64,000 bases of DNA from Pseudomonadales bacterium (GTDB taxonomy: Bacteria; Pseudomonadota; Gammaproteobacteria; Pseudomonadales; UBA7434), in contig OZ244196.1 in NCBI GenBank assembly GCA_965216795.1, forward strand, positions 2,263,496 to 2,327,495. The letters run 5' to 3'. Below, piece after piece: positions 19,272 through 28,457 of the stretch (the first letter of the stretch is position 1; every line of letters begins with the position of its first letter). The translations under genes were made by a program, and so were the position numbers. The notes beneath the pieces are model-generated. The model was not told where the DNA came from and made no database searches. It saw only the letters and a program-made list of their open reading frames with translations.

Positions 19272-20096
19272 ATGCAAGATATTGACCTCAGTTCACTGTA
19301 CGAACAGGCCATTACCTACGTGACAACCTACGGCCTGCAGTTTTTGCTTGCCCTGGTGGTGTTGATTGTGGGCCTGTGGATCATCAAGCGCGTCACAAAT
19401 ATGGTGCACAACCAGCTGATGCACCACCTGAACGATGACACCTTGTCGAAGTTTTTGAGCAGCGCGCTCGACATTGCATTGAAGGTGATGCTGGTTATTA
19501 GTGTCGCGTCGATGATCGGCATACAAACGACATCGTTCCTGGCCGTAGTGGGTGCCGCAGGCCTGGCCATTGGCATGGCGTTGCAGGGTAGTTTGTCGAA
19601 CCTGGCGGGCGGTGTGATGCTGCTGATCTTCCGGCCGATTCGGGTGGGTGACTATATTGCCGCGCAGGGCCACGAGGGTATTGTCACCGACATTGGTATC
19701 TTTGTAACGCGTCTTGAGACCTTCGACAAGCGGCATATCATTTTGCCCAACGGGCCGTTGAGCAACGGTGACCTGGTGAACTTTACCTCGAGTGAGGTTC
19801 GTGCGGTGGAGATTACCTTTGGTATTGCCTACGACGATGATATTCGTGCGGCGCGCGATGCGCTCACCAGCCTGATGAACAGCGACGAGCGCGTACTAAA
19901 AGACGAGTCGAACGTCATCGCGGTATGTGAGCTGGGCGATAGCTCAGTGAATATCCTCTATCGCGTGTTCATTAAAACCGCTGACTACTGGGATTACTTT
20001 TTTGAAACCCAGGAGAAAGGCAAGCTGGCACTCGAGGCCGCAGGTTGTACTATCCCGTTTCCGCAGCGGGATGTGCACTTTTACCCGCAGGGGTGA
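19272..20096 (+). CDS. mechanosensitive ion channel, MscS family
   Basis: Three N-terminal TM helices, then the MscS core LSNLAGGVMLLIFRPIRVGDYI...GIVTDIGIFVTRLETFDKRHIILPN. ATG at 19272 is preceded by GGAGA. Confidence 0.85.
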   Translation: MQDIDLSSLYEQAITYVTTYGLQFLLALVVLIVGLWIIKRVTNMVHNQLMHHLNDDTLSKFLSSALDIALKVMLVISVASMIGIQTTSFLAVVGAAGLAIGMALQGSLSNLAGGVMLLIFRPIRVGDYIAAQGHEGIVTDIGIFVTRLETFDKRHIILPNGPLSNGDLVNFTSSEVRAVEITFGIAYDDDIRAARDALTSLMNSDERVLKDESNVIAVCELGDSSVNILYRVFIKTADYWDYFFETQEKGKLALEAAGCTIPFPQRDVHFYPQG

Positions 20097-20130
20097 TGGT
20101 TTTCCTCGGGTATGGCCGATCTTCGGGTGG

Positions 20131-20754
20131 TTAGCTCTTTTTAGCGCGAACGCCCGCAAGACCGGCCATGGCCGAGGCAAAGAACCAGAACGCAGCGGGC
20201 AGCGGGATTTCTGCAGCGAATACCGCATAGACGCTGGGGCCCTGGTCTGAAGAATCCCAGTCATCGAAATCGAACCCAAAACCGCTCGCGCCGCCGAACA
20301 CCGAGTCGTTGAACCCTGTTCCGCCACCGGCACCGTTGCGTGCGCCCATCGTATTGACCAGCCCGGTATTCGCGGCACCCAGCTCAAAGGGGATGTAGGC
20401 TGTACACACGCTCAGGCTAGAGCAGCCAAGCGTGAGCTCAGGGTCAGTATCAAAATCGGCAGGGGCAATGGGGGTATTGAGAAACACCTGGTCCAGCAGT
20501 GCCTGGGCGGCCGCTGCAGCACCTGCCTGGGTGGTGAATGCAAAATCGGTAATGGGGTCATCGCAGCCGCTGAAAATTTGCTGGCAAGTTCCTTCAACAA
20601 AAGCGACAGCATAAGTGCCGGAAAACCCTGAAACGGTGATACCCGAAGCACTGATGAGTTGGCCGCCACTAATGTTGAGTGTGGCCGCGTGAGCAGGACT
20701 CGCCAGACCCAGTAATAGTAGCGGCAGTGAGAAAATTCGCAGGACAGATTTCAT
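20131..20754 (-). CDS. exported protein with PEP-CTERM-like (VPLPA-type) C-terminal sorting tail
   Basis: Signal peptide MKSVLRIFSLPLLLLGLASPAHA. The C-terminus IPLPAAFWFFASAMAGLAGVRAKKS is motif + TM helix + basic tail. Confidence 0.65.
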   Translation of the reverse strand: MKSVLRIFSLPLLLLGLASPAHAATLNISGGQLISASGITVSGFSGTYAVAFVEGTCQQIFSGCDDPITDFAFTTQAGAAAAAQALLDQVFLNTPIAPADFDTDPELTLGCSSLSVCTAYIPFELGAANTGLVNTMGARNGAGGGTGFNDSVFGGASGFGFDFDDWDSSDQGPSVYAVFAAEIPLPAAFWFFASAMAGLAGVRAKKS

Positions 20755-20895
20755 GGTCAGCCCCTGACGTTATTGTTACGTTTTGAGCAAATTCTAAGCG
20801 ATGGTCTGTGTTTGGGTCAACGACACAAGTGTTAGATATATGGGGCTTGAATCAAGAGTGACGGGCGATTATTTAATGTCAAATCAACAACTTGG

Positions 20896-21552
20896 CTATC
20901 GGTATTGCTGTTTGCGTCGGTAATGGACAATACAGGTAAAGACCAGGCCCATCAAAAACACGGCCGCCTGAGGGAGTGGCACTTCGATGCCCTGAAGGTC
21001 TACCTGGGTAACGGTGATTGCATCCAGTGTGATGCCGGCAACGCCAGCAACGAGTGAGGTAAACCGTAGCTTGGTGGTGGCGCTGTCTGCGGTGAAGAAA
21101 TCATCGAAGTAAAGATGTTGGGAAAAGGCGTAAAGCTGCGGATCATGCTCGATGGTTCTGTCCAGCAGAATGATGTTGCCCTCTGTTTCGACGCGGGCCT
21201 CGCCCAGTGTCAGGCCCAGGTTGTTGTTTCTCGCGTAGTAAAAGGCCAGCTGGTAGACCTGGCCGGGCGTTGTCGCAAAACTGGTTTCAATGATGGCCGC
21301 TCCCGGTGAGCCAGCCAGGTCGATGGCTTGCGCAAGATCGTAGGCAACAGCCTCGGGGCGGGCGGCGGCTTCGTAGATGTCGACGCTGCCGCCAAGTACA
21401 TCCCAGGTTGTATCGGCGGTAACAAACGAGCTGCCAATGCCGTAGGTGGTGAAGTTGGCGGTATCGGGTACTTCGAAGCTCTCTGACAGTATGACCTGCG
21501 CATACAGGTTCGAAGTGGCAATGAAAAGCACAAAGGCGATGGCAGCACGCAT
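20896..21552 (-). CDS. exported protein with PEP-CTERM-like C-terminal sorting tail
   Basis: Start moved to Met57 (MRAAIAFVLFIATSNLYAQ signal peptide). C-terminus VPLPQAAVFLMGLVFTCIVHYRRKQQYR. Confidence 0.65.
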   Translation of the reverse strand: MRAAIAFVLFIATSNLYAQVILSESFEVPDTANFTTYGIGSSFVTADTTWDVLGGSVDIYEAAARPEAVAYDLAQAIDLAGSPGAAIIETSFATTPGQVYQLAFYYARNNNLGLTLGEARVETEGNIILLDRTIEHDPQLYAFSQHLYFDDFFTADSATTKLRFTSLVAGVAGITLDAITVTQVDLQGIEVPLPQAAVFLMGLVFTCIVHYRRKQQYR

Positions 21553-21835
21553 AGTGCGTTCCCCGTAATTATCTGGTTTTAGCGTTCCGCCCCTCATTGT
21601 GCAAAAACCACGCGCGGTACACAACAAGAACCTGTCAATGACCAGGCCGCTTGGATAAGCGGCTGTGTTCAAATAGTTGTACTGGCGCAACTGCGTGGGT
21701 GTGAACGCCAGCCAGATCAATGACTTAGTGCAGTAGAGAGGCGTACCATCCCTGATACTATTGTGTCGTGCATTTGCGGCTGGCAGACTGGGGTGGGCTC
21801 AGCTTGATCGCATTAACGGAAGAAGGTTGCTTGGT

Positions 21836-22288
21836 ATGACACAACGCGAAGAAATCGAAAAACACTTTTTAGCCTTTGAGAAAATCCATGAAGGCTGTTT
21901 TGAAGGCCGCGAAGACTGGGGCGCCCTGGCTGACTTTATGGTGCCGGATATCGACTACACCGACCCTGGCTGGGGCCGCATGCACGATCGTGATACCGTC
22001 ACGCAGTTTTTACGCGACAGTATGAAGGGGCTTGAGGACTGGGACTTCCCGATGCGCTGGTATGCGATTGAGGGTGAGCACGTCATCAAGAAGTACAGCA
22101 TGACGCTGAAGTTCAAAGACACCGACTATGACATTTCGGGCGTGTATATGATGCACTATGCCGGTGATGGCAAGTTCGACTGGATCGAAGACCAGCTGAA
22201 CATGACCCACTTTATGACGGTGATGCGCAACAGCGGTTGGCAGCCGGGGCCGGGGTTTATTGCACCCAGGAACCTGAACTGGGACTGA
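21836..22288 (+). CDS. NTF2/SnoaL-like fold protein (tentative)
   Basis: About 150 aa from ATG 21836. The size and the pattern of aromatic/acidic residues resemble SnoaL-like proteins. I recognise no definitive motif. Confidence 0.5.
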   Translation: MTQREEIEKHFLAFEKIHEGCFEGREDWGALADFMVPDIDYTDPGWGRMHDRDTVTQFLRDSMKGLEDWDFPMRWYAIEGEHVIKKYSMTLKFKDTDYDISGVYMMHYAGDGKFDWIEDQLNMTHFMTVMRNSGWQPGPGFIAPRNLNWD

Positions 22289-22319
22289 TTACCGCAGCCA
22301 GCCCCCACAAGCCATAGCG

Positions 22320-23747
22320 TCAATTGGGCCCGGGAGGGCGCTCTTGTGCTTCAGCCTGCGCCGTTTTCGCCAGGTCTTGCCGGATGCTCCGGGCGGCAAA
22401 CAGGCAGAACACCACGCTAAATAGCGGTGCGATTGCCGGCACCAACAGCGAGTAGCGCAGTGCATCTTCGCCAAAGCGCATATCAAAGGAATCGCTCAAT
22501 ACCCCCACCAGCAGTGGGCCGACCATCATCCCTACAAAGGTGCTGACCGTTGTGCTAATGGCCGGCGCCATGGCGCGCATACGCAACTTGGCCAGACCCT
22601 GTATCGTGGCCAAAAACGGCGCAGTAAAAAATGAGCCGAGCACTGAGCCGACAATACTGAATAAAAACGCCACCGGCATATCGGGCAGGCCCAGCGGTAG
22701 CGGCAGGCGGTGATCGGCAGGCCACAATAAAAAGGCGCAAAGAATCGGAATACTCAAGGCCTGGCCGAGCGCGGGTACCCACATGTACCAGCGCTTGTCG
22801 CTCGCGCCAAAGCGGTCGGCGAACACTCCGCCCAGGTAAATGCCCAGCAGGGCTGGCAAGGGGCTGGTAAGAAAGTACCAGGTGCCGGCTTCGCCCGTGC
22901 CCATATCGTACAGGCGAATCAGGAATGACGGCTCCCATAAATTGCGGCCCATGGACGCAAACAGCGAAAAGGCGTTGGCGCAGAGAATACATATAAAGGT
23001 GGTCATGCCCAGCATGTACTTGACCACACCCCAGAACGAATCGCTTTGCGCCTTGCGGGCCGTGGTTTCGCTGGCGCCGCGCATCGGTTCACGCACGGTC
23101 AAGCGCATTAACACGGCCAGCAAAATGCCGGGCACGCCTGCGGCAACAAAGGCCCAGCGCCAGCCCCAGATTTCGTTGATCCAGCCGCCGACCACCATGC
23201 CCAGGCCCATGCCGACAATGGCGCCCATTGATACCACCGACAAACCACGTGCGCGGCGCTCGGGCGGTACATAATCAGATAGCAACGAGATGCTGGGTGC
23301 AGTACCGCCGGCTTCGCCAATACCGACACCCATACGGCATATAAACAGCTGCACAAAATTCTGTACCGAGGCGGTGGCAACAGTAAACCCGCTCCAGATA
23401 AACAAAGACGCAGCAACAATGCTGCGGCGCACGCCGTAATCGGCCCAGCGGGCAATCGGTATCGCGGTAATGGTGTAGACCAGCGTAAAGGCCAGGCCCA
23501 TGGCCGCGCCCATTTGCGTATCAGACAGGCCAAACTCGGCCTTGATGGGTTCGACCAGAATCGACAGGATGGTCCGGTCGATGGTGCTGAACACCATCAC
23601 CAGAAAGATGATGCTGAGTACGTAGCGGGTGTAGCCGATGGAGTAGGGGTGATGGGTGTTCATTGCGGTTCCCGGCACGTTGCGGTTCATGCCCTGGTTT
23701 TTTGTTGTAGGCCGCAATGTTTCGATTGTATAACGGCTTCGATACAT
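22320..23747 (-). CDS. MFS transporter
   Basis: About 12 predicted TM helices. The MFS loop motif ARWADYGVRRSI (D-R/K-x-G-R-R-like) lies between TM2 and TM3. Start is ambiguous (Met at 23747, 23690 or 23663). Confidence 0.85.
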   Translation of the reverse strand: MYRSRYTIETLRPTTKNQGMNRNVPGTAMNTHHPYSIGYTRYVLSIIFLVMVFSTIDRTILSILVEPIKAEFGLSDTQMGAAMGLAFTLVYTITAIPIARWADYGVRRSIVAASLFIWSGFTVATASVQNFVQLFICRMGVGIGEAGGTAPSISLLSDYVPPERRARGLSVVSMGAIVGMGLGMVVGGWINEIWGWRWAFVAAGVPGILLAVLMRLTVREPMRGASETTARKAQSDSFWGVVKYMLGMTTFICILCANAFSLFASMGRNLWEPSFLIRLYDMGTGEAGTWYFLTSPLPALLGIYLGGVFADRFGASDKRWYMWVPALGQALSIPILCAFLLWPADHRLPLPLGLPDMPVAFLFSIVGSVLGSFFTAPFLATIQGLAKLRMRAMAPAISTTVSTFVGMMVGPLLVGVLSDSFDMRFGEDALRYSLLVPAIAPLFSVVFCLFAARSIRQDLAKTAQAEAQERPPGPN

Positions 23748-23898
23748 TTAAGGAGCAAGCGCCCCTTTGAATGGGCCTTTTATTCTTACGTTTGGTTAAA
23801 AAAGCGGGCTTTCACGATACGGTATGCTGCGAACACGCCAGCCGCTGCTTTTGCAAGCAAAGCAAATATAATAAGGGCCTGATACCTGGGAGAATAGT

Positions 23899-26142
23899 AT
23901 GCCTACTGAAACCGTTTACCGATCGTGCCCAACCTGCGAGGCCTCCTGCGGGCTGGCACTCGAGGTCGATCGCGCTGAAAACCGGGTGGTTTCGATTAAG
24001 GGCAACCCCGATGATCCGCGCTCCAAAGGCTATGTCTGCGCCAAGTCGCAGGCATTCAACTATGTGTATGAAGACCCGGACCGTTTGCGCGCACCGGTCA
24101 AGAAAACCCCCAACGGCTGGGAAGAATGCAGCTGGGACGAGGCGCTCAAACTGGCCGGCGAAGGCCTTCGCAAGATTCGTGAAGAGCACGGCAAAGATTC
24201 GCTGGCCGTTTACTATGGCGAACCCAATGGGCATAACGCAGGCACCAACCTGTATACCCAGATGCTCATTCAAACCATCGATACCGAACGGTTTTTTACG
24301 CCTGCCAACCTCGACCAGCTACCGCAGGAAGTCGCGCTCCACCTGATGATTGGCGATGGCTGGTTCTACCCGGTGCCCGATATTGACCGCACCGATTTAT
24401 TTATTTGTATGGGCGGCAACCCGGTGGTCTCGCAGGGTTCGCTAATGGGCGCGCCCGATGTGAAAAGCCGGCTCAAGGCATTGAATGAGCGCGGCGGCAA
24501 GTCGGTCGTCATCGACCCACGGCGCACAGAGACGGCCGAGGCTTGCGATAAGCACCTGTTTATTCGCCCGGGCACTGATGCCTACTTTTTGCTGGCCTTT
24601 CTCAATGAGGTGTTTGCGCAAGGCTGGCAGCAGCTTGGCCACCTGACCGACCATACCGATGGTCTTGAAGGTTTGCAGGAGCTGGCAGCCAACTACCCGC
24701 CCGAGCGGGTCGCCGACATAACTGGCATTGCGGCTAGTGATCTGCGAGAGTTGGTGGCTACCTACTGCAGCACCGAAAAAGCCGTACTCTATAGCCGCAT
24801 TGGGCTATGTACTCAAAAGTTCGGCACGCTGGCCTCGTGGTTGGTGTACTGCATTAACATCGTCACCGGGCACTTTGATCGTGAAGGCTGCATGATGTTT
24901 ACCCGCCCTGCGACCGGCCAATTTGAACCCACCGATGAAGTCAAACCCCTGGAGCGCGATCGCTTTCATGCGCGCTCAACCGGGTTCCCGGAAATACGCG
25001 GCATGTTGCCCGCCTCGCATTTTGGCAAAGAGCTTGCCTACCCCGGCGATGAAAACGGCAACGACAAGATACGCGGCATGCTCACGCTGGCGGGTAACCC
25101 GGTGATCAGCGTGCCCAACGGCAAGCTGATTCGTGAAGGTTTAGAGCAGCTCGATTTTTACGTCGCGATTGATATCTATATTAACGAGACGACCTCACAG
25201 GCTGATGTGATTCTGCCGCCGATCCACCAACTGGAGCACACCAATTACGATTTGCTCTGGGCGACCTTTAGCAGCACCAACTTTGCGGCCTTTAGCCCAC
25301 GCGTGCTAGAACCCCAGGCCGATGGCCTTGAGCAATGGGAGATTATGCTGCGCCTGTTGGGGGGCATGCTCGATACGCCCTGGGAAGTGCTCGATGACCT
25401 GATGGCCGATGGCATGGCCGCCCAGGTCGCCGCTGGCCTGCAGGCTGACTACCCCGAAGTGACAAGCGAGTTGGTGAAAGAGACCATGGGCGGCGAGCGC
25501 TGCTACGAGCGCTACCTCGATACCCTGTTGCGCGCCGGGCCCTATGGCGACAAGTTTGGTCAGCGTGAGGGCATTAACCTGCAAGCACTGATCGATGCCG
25601 GCGGCACAATGAGCTTTGGCCCCATGCAATCGCAAATGCCGGCCTTGTTGCGCACCGAGGGCAAGCGTATTCAGTTAATGCATGATTGCCTGCTTGATGA
25701 TATTCCGCGCCTGAACCGGGGCCTGGAAGAGGGCCTGTATCAAAAAGACAAATACCTGTTGGTGGGTCGGCGGCAGATACGCGATATGAATTCATGGCTG
25801 CACAACATTCATGCCTATATCAAAGGCAAGAACCGTTGCACCTTGCTCGTTAACCCCAGCGATGCCCAGGCCGTGGGTGTGAGTGATGGCAAGTCGGTGA
25901 CCATTCGCTCACGCAAGGGCGAAGTGGTGGCCGAAGTCGCCGTGAGCGATGAAATGATGCCGGGTGTCGTGAGCCTGCCGCATGGTTGGGGCCATATTTA
26001 TAAAGACAGCAGGCAGGCTCTGGCCAATGGTCGCTACCCGGGTTCGAGTTGTAACGATCTGGTTGACGATGACGAGCTGGATATTCCCTCGGGGAGCAGT
26101 GTGGTTAATGGGGTTGAGGTTGAGTTGATTGCGGTGGTGTGA
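23899..26142 (+). CDS. molybdopterin-dependent oxidoreductase (Fdh/Nap-like catalytic subunit, stand-alone)
   Basis: 747 aa. N-terminal 4Fe-4S motif CPTCEASCG...YVCAKS, central MopB-type domains, and a C-terminal molybdopterin-dinucleotide-binding beta-barrel (TIRSRKGEVVAEVAVSDEMMPGVVSLPHGWGH). Confidence 0.85.
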   Translation: MPTETVYRSCPTCEASCGLALEVDRAENRVVSIKGNPDDPRSKGYVCAKSQAFNYVYEDPDRLRAPVKKTPNGWEECSWDEALKLAGEGLRKIREEHGKDSLAVYYGEPNGHNAGTNLYTQMLIQTIDTERFFTPANLDQLPQEVALHLMIGDGWFYPVPDIDRTDLFICMGGNPVVSQGSLMGAPDVKSRLKALNERGGKSVVIDPRRTETAEACDKHLFIRPGTDAYFLLAFLNEVFAQGWQQLGHLTDHTDGLEGLQELAANYPPERVADITGIAASDLRELVATYCSTEKAVLYSRIGLCTQKFGTLASWLVYCINIVTGHFDREGCMMFTRPATGQFEPTDEVKPLERDRFHARSTGFPEIRGMLPASHFGKELAYPGDENGNDKIRGMLTLAGNPVISVPNGKLIREGLEQLDFYVAIDIYINETTSQADVILPPIHQLEHTNYDLLWATFSSTNFAAFSPRVLEPQADGLEQWEIMLRLLGGMLDTPWEVLDDLMADGMAAQVAAGLQADYPEVTSELVKETMGGERCYERYLDTLLRAGPYGDKFGQREGINLQALIDAGGTMSFGPMQSQMPALLRTEGKRIQLMHDCLLDDIPRLNRGLEEGLYQKDKYLLVGRRQIRDMNSWLHNIHAYIKGKNRCTLLVNPSDAQAVGVSDGKSVTIRSRKGEVVAEVAVSDEMMPGVVSLPHGWGHIYKDSRQALANGRYPGSSCNDLVDDDELDIPSGSSVVNGVEVELIAVV

Positions 26143-26344
26143 CGGTTGAATTTAGCGTGACAGCCCGACTACTTACGCTAAAGGTCGTCGCATCGAAAGA
26201 ATATGAGGTGTGTAATGTGAACGTCACCAAAATACAAATTGCGACTAGCTGAGTAGCTTTCGGAGATCTGCGTCACCGCTGGTGAACCCACAAGTAGCGC
26301 AACTAATACAAAGAAACGTGAGGCTATTTGCATGGGTCGTTTCT

Positions 26345-27571
26345 CTAGGGAGCAAGTCGCCGCGCTGAATGTTGGCGCCGCTCTCGCAAAATTGACTGGC
26401 GCTCCTTGGCGCTCACGTATTTGGAGTCAGCGGGCAGGTGCTTCGCTAACTCAGCGACATTGACCACCTTGATCGAGGGCGTCGCCGGCGCGGTGTCGGT
26501 GGTCACGCGCCAGTTAAAAACGCCATGGCTGTGGCCTGCTATATCGATCCAGTTAGCCAGGCCGGGATCGGTGGCAGAAACAATGAGCCGGTATTTGCCA
26601 TCTGAATCTCTGTGGCTTTGAAAATTATTCAGGCTGGTTTGTCGGCTGACGGTATCGAGCAGTTCGCCCCAGGGTTGATAGAAGGAAAACCCCCAGTAGC
26701 GAGCTTTGGGGTCATCAAACTCGATAATCATTGCCTGGTCGTTATTCAAATTCCAGTGGCCCGGTGCAAACTGGCTGCCCAGATGGGTCACCTGAATGCG
26801 TCGTGGCGGTGTAATGCTGTTGTCTGGAATGTTGCCGTGATACTGCTGGGTAATGCCTACCCAGAGCTTTAGAAACCAGTCCATCTCATCGTCGAGGCCA
26901 TCTACAATTTCCTTGAACGATGCGGGTGTGAGTACTGAGGCGGGTCGATCGAGGGTGTCTAGCCTTTCGATCATGAGCTGGCCTTTACGTTCGATATTCC
27001 AGTCGCCAAACACCTGGTAAATCGTCATGCTAAAAACATCATCTGCCATGGGCAGCCAGTTTTCGCCCATTTCTTTCGCGCTGATAAAGAGCTCGAAGCG
27101 GCCTTCGCTATCGGTCTTTAAATCTTCGCCGCGGATGCGGGCTCTTGCCCCCGACTCACCTTCTAGCGCGGTTCGAGAATAGACCCCAAAAATCGTCTGG
27201 TTCACTGAACCCAACTTGCCCCAGATACGATATATGCCATTGGGGTCGAGCGTAGCCGTAATGTAATGCGTGTCGGGGTTAGGATAACCAAAGCCCGGGT
27301 TGTACAGCAGGCGCGGCAAATGATGATCGGCATAGACCACCTGTTCGCGTAGGTAGTGCACGAGATTTTTCGCCAGATACATACTGGCTTCGGCGCGATC
27401 GGTATCGGTTTCTGCAACAGGGCTCTTGATTAACGCGGCTTCAATGTCGGCAAGACCTGCCAGGTTGTTGGCAAGCGGCGTTTCAGTGGGCTTAGATGGC
27501 GAGTCAGCGCACGCCAGGGCGCTGACGGCGCTGAGACTCATGGCTAACAAAAAACATTGTAGTGTTGACAT
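26345..27571 (-). CDS. exported hypothetical protein
   Basis: 408 aa with signal peptide MSTLQCFLLAMSLSAVSALACA. Codon usage is typical of the GC-rich core. Family not recognised. Confidence 0.55.
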   Translation of the reverse strand: MSTLQCFLLAMSLSAVSALACADSPSKPTETPLANNLAGLADIEAALIKSPVAETDTDRAEASMYLAKNLVHYLREQVVYADHHLPRLLYNPGFGYPNPDTHYITATLDPNGIYRIWGKLGSVNQTIFGVYSRTALEGESGARARIRGEDLKTDSEGRFELFISAKEMGENWLPMADDVFSMTIYQVFGDWNIERKGQLMIERLDTLDRPASVLTPASFKEIVDGLDDEMDWFLKLWVGITQQYHGNIPDNSITPPRRIQVTHLGSQFAPGHWNLNNDQAMIIEFDDPKARYWGFSFYQPWGELLDTVSRQTSLNNFQSHRDSDGKYRLIVSATDPGLANWIDIAGHSHGVFNWRVTTDTAPATPSIKVVNVAELAKHLPADSKYVSAKERQSILRERRQHSARRLAP

Positions 27572-27770
27572 GAACCGGTGCTCCGAAATTGGCGAGTCTT
27601 GTTACCAGTGGATTGTCCCGTATCGTAACAGAATTAAAGGAGGTAGCTCCCTTTACCGCTAGTTGCCGTTGTGTAAGCGTTAGATTGCGATTTAGGCAGG
27701 TTTTTAGCGAACACAAGGGGTTGTGGTAGGATTGAAGCCCCCTAATATAAAGCGTTACGGAGGTACTCCC

Positions 27771-28433
27771 ATGAAAACACTCGTTCGCTATTCCCTGGTT
27801 GCTTCAACGTTTTTCCTTGGTTCTCAATTACATGCAGCGACGGTTACCGGTGTTACCTGGTTCTCTGGCGTGGGGTCGGTTGCCGGAGAGTCGGCAAGTA
27901 CAACGGCCCCGGGCAACGATAACGTCGTGGGTGACTCGCCCAATGTGCTCTCGATACTGCAAAAGCATTACCTTGCCATTGGCCCTGTTGACCTGGTGTT
28001 TAGCCTGGTCGATGACGGCGGTACGACCGAATACCGTGTCATCGAGGGTGTGGATAACAGCACCGGGCTCGACTGGAGCGGTTATCACATTGAGCTTGGC
28101 TTTGGTTCTGGGGCCAGCTTTGTTAAATCGGTCGCCGGTGACGGCCTTGATTTTGATGCGCCCGATTTTGATTCTACGGTCGACTTTAACCCGCCTTCGC
28201 CCGGGTTCTTTCCTACGGTGACGTTCCCTACCGAGGACGACCTGGTAGCCAGTGGCGGCACACACGTGGCCGGGGATTACGCGCTTAACTATATCTTTCA
28301 CATTGATGTGCCCGACGGTATCGACTCCTTTACGATTCGCCAGTCGCCCATAGCCGCGAACGTGCCAGTGCCAGCGGCTGCCTGGTTGTTTGGTTCGGCG
28401 CTGTTGGGTTTAGGGTGGTTCAGGAAGCGTTAA
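27771..28433 (+). CDS. exported protein with PEP-CTERM-like C-terminal sorting tail
   Basis: ATG at 27771 preceded by GGAGG. Signal peptide MKTLVRYSLVASTFFLGSQLHA. C-terminus VPVPAAAWLFGSALLGLGWFRKR. Confidence 0.7.
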   Translation: MKTLVRYSLVASTFFLGSQLHAATVTGVTWFSGVGSVAGESASTTAPGNDNVVGDSPNVLSILQKHYLAIGPVDLVFSLVDDGGTTEYRVIEGVDNSTGLDWSGYHIELGFGSGASFVKSVAGDGLDFDAPDFDSTVDFNPPSPGFFPTVTFPTEDDLVASGGTHVAGDYALNYIFHIDVPDGIDSFTIRQSPIAANVPVPAAAWLFGSALLGLGWFRKR

Positions 28434-28457
28434 TTGCACTAAAGCGAGAGTTAAACT

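Noticed and set aside
26150-26180. Inverted repeat TTAGCGT...ACGCTAA after the molybdoenzyme gene, considered as a terminator.
   Set aside because: It has a 7-bp AT-containing stem with a 16-nt loop and no T-run, which is too weak to call.
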